Shown here: positions 12,483 to 24,305 of the stretch, piece after piece
Numbering within the stretch: the stretch's first letter is position 1
Layout: each line of letters starts with the position of its first letter
DNA from: Monocercomonoides exilis PA203
Taxonomy: Eukaryota > Protista > Preaxostyla
Direction of reading: 5' to 3'
Length of the DNA stretch: 64,000 nt
Assembly: GCA_001643675.2 (NCBI GenBank)
Contig: LSRY02000002.1
Coordinates: 2,046,001 to 2,110,000 of the forward strand
Made by a program: the position numbers and the translations under genes
The notes under the pieces: generated by a model
The model's input: only the letters and a program-made list of their open reading frames with translations
Told to the model about the DNA's origin: nothing
The model's database searches: none

Positions 12483-14696
12483 TAGTCCGTGACAAAACCC
12501 GGGACAGGGACAAAACACGGGACAATTGGAATAGGTTATTTGCAAAAAAATATCAACAAGATTAAATATGAGAACTGCTTTGTTTTTTTGTTGTGTATGA
12601 ATTATCCATAAAGATAAAATGATTTCAAATGGAGAAACTCAAAAATCAGAAACGATGCGATTGCAATATTGATAGCAAATAAAAAGTATTGCGAAAAGAA
12701 TAATTTGAAGATTTAAAAAAAGTGACAAGTTTGCTTCACTGTGAACAAATGCATTCTTCTTATTAAAAGTTATGAACCGAAATCAAATATTGATCCCCAA
12801 GCGCTTTCGCGAGTATATTTTCTTTTCCTTTTTTCACCTATGAATTGTGCATTCTTAGAAGAATTTTCTGATGGTTTAACATGTTCGTTTTCTGTTTCAG
12901 GCAATTTGCACATAATATCATCACGTTCAATGGTTTTCTTTTCATGTTTCTGAGTTTTAAAGCTTTCTGCATTCTCAGAAATGCAAAAGCTTTTGTCATT
13001 TATGTTCGATGGTTCGTTTTCACAACATTTCGAAATGTTGTGTTTCAATGAAGAATTTGTTTGAAGACTTTTTTTCTTTTTTTCTAATTGAATAGTGAAG
13101 TTTTCGAAGAAATCATCCCCCGTTATTAATTTCATGCTGATGCTGTTTGCATGTGAAGAATCGTTTGAAGATTTTTCAACCATCGAAGAGGCTTCAGTGT
13201 TCTGCGGAAGACACTGATAAACGGCAGAAGGGTTAAATGGATGAATTACACATGCTGCAAATAATTTTCTAACAATTTTAGGGCAAAGAGAATAGATGAC
13301 TGCATCAGAAACAGCTGGAATTAATGCTTTTCGGTAGGAAGATATAGAGGAATCTGAAGGAATTTGAAATGATCTTTTCAAGCAATTCTTAAAATGCGCA
13401 AATGCAAATCTGTCCAAGGGCTGAGTCAGGTGCGTTGTATGTGAAGGAAGAATTAGAAGATGAATCAAATGTTTTCTGCACCAAGACATTACCGGAAAAC
13501 AAAGGCGAGACGTATGGTCATCGAGAATAATTGAAGCATGAGCAGATGATCCATGCAGCTCGATTCTTTTCTCATTAATTTTGGGTAGAAACATTTCCAT
13601 CATTATCTTTTTAAAATCGTTTCTACTCATCCATCCAGTTCCATTAGCTAAACAGTTAATTCGGCGGTATTTTAATTCTTTAAGATCCTCGGAAAGCGTG
13701 TGGGACGGCCACAACATGATCGGATCCAAAGATGTGCCATCAGCAAATATAGTGAAAAACAATGTTGCGTTTTTGCGTCTTTGCGACTCAGGAAGAAGAG
13801 TGCATTGTGTTTCTTTTGAAACGACAATTATTTTTTCTGGCTGTGTCATTAATACTCCTGTTTCATCCATATTGATGATCAAGTCAGAAGAAATTTGATT
13901 TTCGTCTATCATTTTTTTCAATAAAGAGAACCAACTTCTCATATTTTCTATTGTTGAACACTGAAGTCGACGAAGATCAATATATTTTGTTTTAATCAAT
14001 TTCAATAAATTGGATTTCTCTATAAATCTGCGAGCCCATTTTGTGCTAATTTTAAAGCACTCCAAAGAAGGTGTGCGGTCCTTGTTTTTTAAAATCATAA
14101 CATTTTCTGCCTGTTTAAAATAAAATTGATTGATTTATCAAAATTTAAAACGACACACAAATCTGATGATATCTGAAACAGTTATTTTATTTGAAGAAGA
14201 TATTTGAGCGATTGCACAATCCTCAATTTCTTCTTCTTCTTTGTTAAACAATCCTGGACGTTTTATATGATGCGGATCTCTTCCTGCTTTTATTGAAGCA
14301 ATGTGTCTGTAAACTGATGAATGTGAAACGATCCTTTCTTTTACTGGATCAGAAGGTTTGACTCCATCTTGTTTTAATAGATATTCAACCTTTTCGGCCT
14401 TTGTTGGTAATCTGCGGTATTCTGCGGAGGCCTTTATTGGTGACAACTTTTTGGACGGAAGAGAGGATGAAATTTGTGCTTTTTTCATTCGATTAATGGA
14501 AATTTGATCAATAAAATTTATTATGTCTATCAACAGGAGATGAGCAAGATTTTAAAAACCTAATAAAAAATATTACCAAAGTTTGTCTGATTGATTTTTT
14601 TACCATTTGTTTGAAAATTGAATTCACATTTGAAATATGAATTTGTCACAGAAATGTCCCGGGTTTTGTCCCTGTCCCGGGTTTTATCACGGACTA
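12483..14696 (-). mobile_element. Complete pogo/Fot1-like (Tc1/mariner superfamily) DNA transposon
   Basis: 42-bp TIRs TAGTCCGTGA(C/T)AAAACCCGGGACAGGGACAAAAC(A/C)CGGGACA at 12483-12524 and 14655-14696 (40/42 identical). TA duplication at 12481-82 and 14697-98. Contains a transposase gene. Confidence 0.93.
12770..14488 (-). CDS. pogo-family DDE_1 (DD35D) transposase, 2 exons, about 556 aa
   Basis: Exon 14159-14488, intron 14111-14158 (GT-AG), exon 12770-14110. Motifs are FKISTKWARRF (CENP-B HTH), NMDETG, ILDDHTSR and LPSHTTHLTQPLDRFAFAHFK, with 35 residues between the second and third Asp. Confidence 0.9.
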
Positions 14697-16208
14697 TATG
14701 GGTCATTATTTTTGAAAGCATGTGAACTCTATTAAAATTTTCGGTCATTTTTCATATTTCGATAAATTGTTTAATTTTCAAAAATAACAACAATTAAAAA
14801 AAGAATTAATGTTAAAAACAGTTTTTTAATATTTTTTTAGTGAGCATTAGCTATTTTGAAACACAAAAGTATTTTTTTGCTCATTTCACAAAATAATCAT
14901 ATTATTCCATCATTTTTATTGACACTTCTGTTTAACTTTAGGTGATAATAATATTTTCGTGATAAAAATGAAAAGTGAAAAAACATTATCTAACGTTTTC
15001 TCATTAAAATTTCAGTAATTATTTTTCTGATCACGATAAAACATTCGATATTGTTTATGTGAAGAATTGATAGTCGCATTCTATTCTAAAATAGCATAGA
15101 AGAAGCAGTTCTATGAAAAAATAATTGCTTGTTTTCAATATTAATTCAGTTTGTTCTTTGTTTAAAAACTTCACAATATTTTATTTTTGCAAACCCAAAC
15201 ACTTGATCGTGAATTATTCATAAGTTATATCTGTGCAATATATGATGCTCTTATCTAATATTTGTTTTGTTTCAGAACGTGTTCTTCAGAAATGTGTTCA
15301 CAAACAAATTATAATTCAGCGAAAGCATTCATGCCATAAATTTCTTGGAATAACATAATTGTCTAAGGAACAATGTGCAATTTCTGTGATGCAAAAAACA
15401 TTTCTCTTTTTCTGAATTTCATCGTTCGGAAAAAGGAAATAATTTGATAAAAAATCCAGTTTACTTCTCGCCACAATTTCACGTTCTCGTCAGCCAACAC
15501 CACAATCCTTTCTTTGGATTTCTCATTTCACTATGAACAATTCAAAAGTGTCTCATTCCATTGATATTATTTGCTTCAAGTTTTGGTGCGTGAAAATGAT
15601 TTCAAAACAGTTTGAAACTCTAAATGTTCCGATCAATTGATATTAACAGTTTCTGATTATGTTTTACGATGGCAAAGAATTTTTAAACTGCGTGAGTTCA
15701 AGAAGCTCATCATCACTTTGAAAATGAAGCAGAAGATTCAATGAAATTACCCAGAAGTTACAATACCGTTTCTGAATGTGAAGAATTTGGGAATGCGACA
15801 CTGATATATAACAAAAAAAGAGCAATGAATCAATAAACAAAAATTATGATAATAAAAAAATTAAATATATTATTTTGAACATTCGAAATATTACTGAAAC
15901 AGTGAAAGCCATTCAGAGAACGTATTTTCTTTTATTCACTTGTAAACATCATATGTTTTTTTTCTTTTTAAAAAAAATAAGAAATCACATTCTTATAATA
16001 GTTATTCTATTTTTGCATGAACAATATCTCCAAAACTTTCGAAAAATGCAGATTACAAAATTTATTGGAATAAAATTAACACAAAAATATTTAAACAAAA
16101 ATTCCGGCCGAAAAAGTTAATACAAAAACAAATCAAAAATATCAAATAATAAACTTTCATTTAATTTTGAATTGGTTCAAAAATGACTTATCAAGCGTTT
16201 GCCCTGGG

Positions 16209-16285
16209 AGGCTGATTCTGGACCCAAAGCCTTCAAGGGACTGTGCTGGACCGGTCACAGCACAGTCCCAGGACGGAATCAGCCT
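16209..16285. other. GC-rich nested hairpin (palindrome) downstream of the USP-transposase gene
   Basis: AGGCTGATTC (16209-18) pairs with GAATCAGCCT (16276-85). GGGACTGTGCTG (16237-48) pairs with CAGCACAGTCCC (16258-69) around the self-complementary GACCGGTC. Confidence 0.8.
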
Positions 16286-16458
16286 AGCCCCTTCATTTTC
16301 TGCACACAGCAAAAAAATCCGGGGTACTTTAATTTTTTGGAATATTTTTCCAAAAAAAATTAAAGCTTGAGCAACAAACAACTTGAAAAGTTCATTTTCA
16401 AAACAAAGACAAAATTATTTGAAAGCAGAAAACAACAAATCAAAAAACTTTTGTAAAA

Positions 16459-19400
16459 CTAATTCAATAAACAACAGTGTTTTTTTCTTTCAGTGAACAA
16501 TTTTAACGTATTGCTTCCAATTAACTCAACTTGTGAAACAGACTCGCGAATTGAAAATTGTTTTTTATTTTTTTCATCTCTCACCCTTTCCTCTTTAAAA
16601 TTCATCTTGACATCCCCTCTTGAATTCGATGGAGAAGCAACAGATCTGTAAATATTTTCATTTCGCTTTTCGTAAAATAAGAAGGTTTTCACTGCATCTG
16701 CCTTCAGCTTTTTCCAAAGAATTTTATTGGAAGCGTTGTACCTGAAAAAATATGTTATTAAAAAAAGAAAAAAGATCAACAATCATCAAAAGAAAAAATA
16801 AAAAAATAAAACAACCTTAAAAAATACCGACATGTATATTTTTGTTCATTAACGTCAAAAGCATTCAGTGAATGAGAGTTGTGCGTGATCTTATTGAAAA
16901 AATCAATTAGTTCATCTATATTATTTATTGAGATATCATTGTTCAATTCGTAATTAAGCAGACGTGTCAAACTCCCGAACTCCCCGTCACACTCACATTT
17001 GCCATGTTTTTCACAAAAAAATGATAAAGTGGTTGTTTTATTTTTAGCAAATGAAGAATTATTAGACAAAAGGAAATGAAGGAGTTGTGAATTGCGAAAG
17101 TGTGGCCCAGTGTCACACATGAAATGAAATGTGTTTATTTGTTGAAGTATTGGCAATGAAAGAACGTTTTGCAAACACTCAATGGTGAATCGATAATCAT
17201 GAGTGAGAATCTTCGAAAAGAAATTGAAAACGTGTTTTGTTCTGTTGTTTTTATCGTCCAAAACATAAACAATAACACAAAAGTGAGATGCACTTTCTTT
17301 GGAATAGAAATCTTTGCTTAGTTGATTTCTCCGAATTGGAAAAGTCCAGTTTTCTTTAAAGTCAAATAGAATTAATGCTTCGTTTGGAGTTAAGTTGTTC
17401 TTCAAAAATCTGAAGTGACTTTGTTGATGAGATGCAAGAAGTCGATGATCTTCAATAAGTTGCATTGTTTCCTTTTCTTTTTCTGGAAGATCAGAATTCT
17501 TTGATTTGAGGTTGTCTCGTTTTTTTTGAAGAGAGGAATACATTTCGCATAAATGACATAAATCTGTTCGACGCTTAGCCTGCTTAATATGTTTGGTCTT
17601 TTTATAGAAAGTGCTTTTGGACATTTTAATATGGGTTTCTTTAAATTTTTCAAACAACTTGGCTTTTGTCATGTTTATTATTCGAGTCGGAGGTTTTTTC
17701 ATTTGAAAATCAATCTGCTTTTGATGATTATGTGTGAAGTTCTTTTTGATTGAGGAGTTTCTTCGTTTGAAGCAATTTCTAGTTTCCGATGAAGATGTTG
17801 CATTATTTAAGAAAGTGCATTGTTTTGAATGAATTGGTTGATACAATGAAGTGGCTGAATGTTGTTGAATTGATGAAGCAATTGAGTCATTTGCATGAGG
17901 AGTGTTGTTTGAAATGTTTGAAGAAATTGAAGTGAAACGGGAAGGTGATGATACGTAATTTGTCGTTGATGATAGGCACAAAGAATTTGTTCCTTCATCT
18001 TCAATGTTCTTCATGCTATTTGCTGCATGCTTCTCGAACGAATTAATTCTGATATCATCGTGATGATTTTGAGACATGAAAATATCGCGTCCAATGTTAA
18101 ATAAGTCGGGGGAGAATGGATTCTGAAGATTATTGAAGCGCTGTTTATTGTCACGAACGTATACAAACAAAAATGGACGAGAACCGCCATTTATTTGTCT
18201 ATTTATTTCAGATTGCACATTTTTTCCAACCACCGAAATATTTTCATCGTTGCATAATATCCATTCATCGTTCGACAAATGAACGTTGCCCTCTTTTTGA
18301 TTCAAGCACAAAGAGAAAAAATGTCCATATTCATTATTCCCTTGAAAGAACAATACAGAAATCAAACTGAAGTTACAAGCTCCTTCAACATGACAATCAC
18401 CACATTTCAATCCCTCCATTTCATTTGAAAATGACAAACAAAAAGGAACATTCAACTCGTTTTCTTCGTTGTTATTTTGAGGTTCAAGTGAAATGGCTAA
18501 AATATTTGGAAACTGAATGATATTTAAAATTGCCAAATGATTTGTATTGTGTTTGCATTTTTCGCAAAATGCATCTCTATTGTTATGATTTGATGTGCTA
18601 AATTGAAAAGATTTGTTTAATGATTTGATTATATTATCACCATTCAAGCGAATAATTGGAGAGGTTTCTGAAAAACCAAATGAAAAACTGCCACAAACTG
18701 AGCACTTTTTGGGGAAATTAATCTGAACATCCATTTCTTTTGAAAGGGCTGGAGTTGTTTTTGATAAATCACTGAAGATATTCAGAAATGCCTCATAGAA
18801 TTCTTGCTGATTTCCTCTAAAAAAACAGTGTTCATTTTCCCATTGTTTAACAAATGATAGTGTCCATTTTGATTTGATGTTTGAGTTGAAACCGCATTGA
18901 CTGCTCTTGAAGGTCGAAACAAGTTGAATTAAGTTGTCAAAATATGAATTCTTTGATACATTTTTAACCTCGAAGTGATCAAAAAATTGATATATTGATC
19001 TGAACACTTGAATCAAAGAAGCCAAATAACATGTATTACCAAAATTCTGTAAAGGATAACAGCTTATCGGTGCAGAATTATGGCCGATCGATGTGTCTTT
19101 TGATGTTTTTAGCCATTGATCACGTTCATCACAATTTGACCCATATGTGCTTTTAATATCTTTGAATGATGAATGAGATAAATCTACGTTGATGGATTCC
19201 ATTTCTATGTCTCCATCATTAACATCATATGAATTGTTTGAACAATCAAAGTTTGATGATCCAATGTTTAAAGCACCACCATTAAATGTTAAACCTTTGA
19301 TTTGCTGATGTGATCTGCATTCGCAGTCAATCCATTGATCGATTACTTGATGTATGTTATTAAACGTGGGTGAATTAATATCATTTATTTCTATTTCAGG

Positions 19401-20334
19401 AGACCCAAAGTCCAAGTCTACAATTTGATCACTTTGAAAATAGTTTTTTAGAGGGTCGATATCTTCCTCCATGCAATCATCTGAATTTAAAATTGAAAAA
19501 TCATCATCTTCACAATCCATTGAGCCTTTTCCGAATTAATTTGAAATTCAATTTGTTTCATATGAAAGAATAAAGCAAACATTCGTTTAACTGAACTGTC
19601 CTTCTCGAACCTTCCGAAGATTCAGTTGAGTTTTCTATTAGAAAATTCAAGAATTTTTCCTCATCTGTTTTGCTGAGCTCTTGGTTTATCCATCAAAAAA
19701 ATATAGAAAAAAAATGTACCATTTTATCAAAAAATGAATCCAAACTTGATTTAGAGGGTGGAAGAGTTGGTTTATTAGGATATGGAATATCAAAAATTTC
19801 AGAAGAACTGTTTTGCTTTGCATGATTATAACTTCCGATTGTGCAGTTAAATCCAAACATAAGAAGCTGCTGATAGCTGAATTCGTGGCATAAACATTTG
19901 ATAATAGAAACTTTTGAATGAACATTGAGTTCATTATTGTATACAGATGCCAGCCTCATAACAACATATTTGTTTTTGTCTGTTGAAAAAGATTGAAACA
20001 TTATTGTTCAAAGAAAGAATACAGTAACAGAAAACGAAAAACCATTGAATATCTTCTGAATTTGAGGAAATAACTTTTTTCCTTTATTTGTATGTTGAAA
20101 CATGTATTCCATCAAAAGAACAGGGTCTCCGTATGACTGTTCTTCCAAAAATTTCCATGATTTGCTGCACTTTTCACTTTTCCTGGAACTTGACAATTCA
20201 GAAAACAATTTTCCTTCCATGATCATCATCCTATATTTCGTATTCGTTGATCTTAAAAAAAGAATTGATCTTTTCATTTTTTTCAAAATGCTAAATGACA
20301 GATGAAAATATAAAAGCTGATATGTGCTTTCCAT
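16459..20334 (-). CDS. Sola2-like DDD transposase with an internal USP/peptidase C19 deubiquitinase domain, 5 exons, about 1205 aa
   Basis: Exons 20043-20334, 19746-19979, 19581-19679, 16816-19525 and 16459-16741 are joined by phase-compatible GT-AG introns (3618 nt total; the start Met could be a later one). USP motifs: LQNFGNTCYLASLIQ, NQQE, CSVC/CEKC, GHFFS, WILCNDENIS. Transposase motifs: STFYK, TDLCHLC, FDFKEN, THD, CDTGPHFRN, FFCEKHGKCECDGEFG. Confidence 0.8.
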
Positions 20335-20780
20335 GAATTTTTTGACTTTTCATTTTAATTTTTCTAAGAAAGCTTCAATTTTTAAGTTTTTTCTTCCAAT
20401 GAATTATATGAAATGTTCTGATGACTTTGAAGGCATGCGATCAATATGATACGATTGAACATGTTGGAACATGCATTTAAAAAGAAAAGCAGAAGCATTT
20501 CGGTTCGTGCAGTTCAAATAAAGATGCATATGAAGAATTATCCACATTATAAAGATCAGAAATAACAAATCATCAATAAAACAAGAACAGAGAAAAAAAT
20601 GTCAAAAAAACAATTTGAATTGTGTCGTCTGTACAGCAAGGGAGGATGATTATGTTAGTATTTGTCAACTTAGCTAATGAAATCGGATTAAATTAATTTT
20701 TGGAGATGAATAAGTTGAAAAAAGAATTAGAGGAAGAGGAAGAGGAAATAGAAGCAGGAGGAAAAGATAAATTGGAAGGT

Positions 20781-23300
20781 TTAATCTGAACAACTTCTGT
20801 TTGAACTACATGTTGTTAATTGCGAAGAATAGCTTTGGAAGAAAAGGTGGAGGAATACGAAGAAGATGGATGATGAATCATTAGGCGATATTACCTTCTT
20901 TACTCCATCTGAACTCAGTTCAGGTGAAATTACTTTCAAATCTGCATTCGATTCTTCTTCTTCTTCTTCTTCCTTCGCCTCGTCCTCCTTCTCTAAGAAA
21001 AAAAGCAGCCATCCAAAAAGAAATTCAACAGTATCTCCGCAAAACCCATTGAGCAACAGAGGAACTGTTAATGATGATGCAAAATACTCTTTTTCTTTTT
21101 CTTTTTCTTCTTTAACTTCTTCTTTAACTTCTTCTTTCTCTTCCTCTTCTTCTTCTTTATCTCCTTCTTCATTCTTTTCATCCTCTTCTTTAATTTTTTT
21201 CGAAGCTGTACAGAAAAACCCATCTGTTGCTTCTTCTTCTGCTCTCCTGTTCTCCCGTCGGATGTCATCGGCTGAAAAAATACTTTACACTTCAGGTTCT
21301 ACAAAATGCTGCTTGTCTGAATCCGCCTCAGCCACTGCCTTCACAGACCTCAGCCGACTCAGCCCAAACGCCTCCACAACCAGCAGAGCCATCGCTTCTT
21401 CCAGCTTCCTCTGGTTCTCTTTAATTCTCTTCACAAACTCTCCGTGCGCAATCGGACGCCCACCTTTCTCTTCATCCTCATCACCTCCCTCTCTCCCTCC
21501 TTCTTCTTTTCCCTCTTTTTCTCCATTTTCTTCTCCCTCTTTGCCTCCCTCTTTTCCTCTCCTTTCTCCTTCCTCTGCCTCTTCTCGCTTCTCCAAAATA
21601 GTCAGCGCAATTGAAGCTGGAGACAAAACCGCATCCTCCATCCTCAACCCCTCCGCCTCCAGCCCCTTCTCCACAATCTCTCCCGCTTTTCACACTGCAT
21701 CTCCTCGCCCCATCACTTCGATATCCGGTTTCTTCTTGCTAAATGTCTTTCTTCTGGTGAATCAATCTGCATGATGGGTCAAATAGATCTTTTATCGATG
21801 GGAACGCATTCACATTCTCCACTACAAAAATCCGCTTACTCTCTTTCTTCGTTTCCACTGACGCTGCAAGCGAGGGAAGTGGCGCTTCATGCTCAACTGG
21901 AAGTATTGTAGAAAGAGCCACATCGTAGGCACACAACACCCTCATTCAACAACACCCTCCATGCTTCAGCATTACCTCGCGGAGCTTGTAGAATACTCAG
22001 CAACGAGTTCTTTTGAGTTGAATTCACTTCATCTGTTTTTTATACTACAATCCACAGCCGTTTCTCGATGTTGTCCATCGCTCCTGTTGACGTAAATGAT
22101 GCAGCCACTGCAAATACATCCGAATGGTCAATTTCTGGCTCTGATGACAATGATGAAATCTGTTCATTCACTGTTACCTATTTCTCTTCTCTTCTCCGCC
22201 TCAACAATGGAGAAGCTGTCGAAGAATACCAATGTCTCAGAGATAAGTGAAGAATTCTGCACTTCGATGGCAAAATGAAGCTTTCTCGTGAATCCAACAG
22301 TTTCTGCTTGAAGCTCCACAGGCGAAACTGGCACAGCATCTGCATTCGGATCAGAAAGATCAACCAACTGGGAATGCTCTCCGTTCTCGAGTAATGGGAA
22401 CAGATGGAAAAGAATTTCTTCAGCTGAAAAGTTGAAATGGGAAGATGAAGAAGAAGCTATGCTGACAATGAATGAATTATCGTTCTGAACCAAAATCAGA
22501 AGAATTAAATGACAGTCATATGAAAAGATCAACTCAGAAATGGAGAATGAATCAGTTGCTGTCATTTGTTTAATCTGTTGGATTAAGGCAAAAATCCCAC
22601 AGAAGCCATGAGGCATCAGAAAGATTCAATATAATAAAAGTCATTCCGATCTCAAAATCTGAATACTGCCAAGCTCTTGTTCATGATGAAAAACATCTTT
22701 TCTGGTTTGGGGCGTGTTTTCTTGCCTGCCTTCATTTTCCTTTCGAAATAAATAACATTTTCAATTACTGTTAAAAATATCCTTCCTCAAGCAAGTTTCT
22801 TTGTTTCCATTTCATTTTTCTCTTTATCTCTGAGGCTGACGCAATTGATGAAGAATTCACAACAGATGAAGCGGATGACGATAAAGAAGGAAATGCTGAG
22901 TGACATGATGTTGATTCATTTGAAGCAGAAGAAGATGAAGATGATGAAAGAATCGATTGGGGTGATTGAAAATTGAGAAGATGAGATCCAATAAATATCA
23001 ACGGAAAAATTCTGTGAAATTCTCATCTTCAGGATTATGTCTTTTTCTGGCAAACAATATTCCTCGAATTCATAACAATCTCAACATGACCCTTTCTCTC
23101 TTTTGAACAAAACATACAACGCACGCGCCAATCTTTTTTTCATTCTATTTTTTTCTATTTTTGCTTCCCTTTTTTCACAAAAACCATCTTTCCACAAAAA
23201 AGGATCTTTTTGTCAAAGTCCGATTATTTGCATCTTCATCATATCTTGAATTTTATCAATCTTCATTTCATTTTCCTTTTCTGCTTTTCTTCTCTTCAAA
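20781..23300 (-). pseudogene. Fragmented Glu-rich hypothetical gene
   Basis: Minus-strand coding-like pieces (20781-21056, 21285-21674, 21739-21945, 22164-22616, 22771-23001) are separated by in-frame stops and frameshifts. Boundaries are approximate. Confidence 0.45.
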
Positions 23301-24305
23301 TCTATATAACCCCTCGCTCTTTCAACATCCAGAATAAAAAATAAATGACAATTACTTTAATAAAAAATAACAAAAAACCTTCTCAACAATTTTATAAGCA
23401 ATTTTCTACATTTCATTCCCTTTCAATGCTCGTTTTCCTCCAATGAAAATTCATTATTCTTTTAGTTTTCAAGTGTTTCATCATCTTGTTCACGAAAAAT
23501 CTTTTTCAAAGATCTTTTCACATTCAATTTCTCCAATTTCCAGAACATTAGAAAAAAGTGAGCACCATATTTTATTTTGATTTTGTCGATCTTGTCAATA
23601 AATCGAAATGATATCATTCCAACCCCATTATGCTGCGCACTTTCCCGAGATATCAACTGATCGAATCAAATATTCAACACAGAAAAGAACATATTGTCCA
23701 TTCATCAAATAATTCACATTCCTGAGCTCTGAAAAGGATACAGATAGAAGCACCTTCAAAGTGAATAGAACAATGAAAAATACAAACATGCAGATATTTT
23801 CATCAAGTTTTAAAGTTGTTGTATTTCCCTTGATAATCCAATTTCCAAATATAATCAGATAAAAATCAACATTGTTTTTCCAGCGATTCGTACAAACATG
23901 GGAAAGAATATATCCCATTTTGCATGACAAATTCGTTCACCGATCACTCATTTTGCAAATTGATATTCCTATTCAAAGAAAACTGTTCGATCATTTCATC
24001 CATGACTCATTAAAAATAAATATCAAACATCTCATTTTCCGTAAATACTTTCCAATGGAAATGCAAAATACGATTGTGTGAAAGCAAGCATTTTTTATGA
24101 TTCTTTTTCAGTTTTACCAATTCGCCTATTTCTTCAATCCAAACATGTGGACTTCAACGTGAATTATTATAATGTTGTTGTTTTCAACACACAATCTGTT
24201 TTCGCGAATGCAGTCAACGAGTGGAACCGAAAGAATAAATGGTTTGCGTTCATTGATGCATTTGCACACTGTAAAATGTGATTTTTCAACTTTATTTTTT
24301 CAGAA

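Noticed and set aside
16237-16287. Helitron 3' end (hairpin followed by CTAG)
   Set aside because: CTAG is followed by C rather than T, it lies within the outer stem, and there is no Rep/helicase nearby.
16280-16335. RNase MRP/P P4-like motifs on the minus strand (AAAGTACCCC and GGGGCT)
   Set aside because: The motifs are only about 30 nt apart, too close for that RNA, and other conserved regions are absent.
16340-20400. TIRs for the USP-transposase element (AAAAATTRAAGCTT...TGAAAAGT near 16355 and inverted near 20350-20382)
   Set aside because: The match is short and AT-rich with no TSD, so it cannot be told from chance by eye.
20866-21774. 302-aa plus-strand Ser-rich ORF
   Set aside because: It is the antisense shadow of a Glu-rich (GAA) minus-strand sequence.
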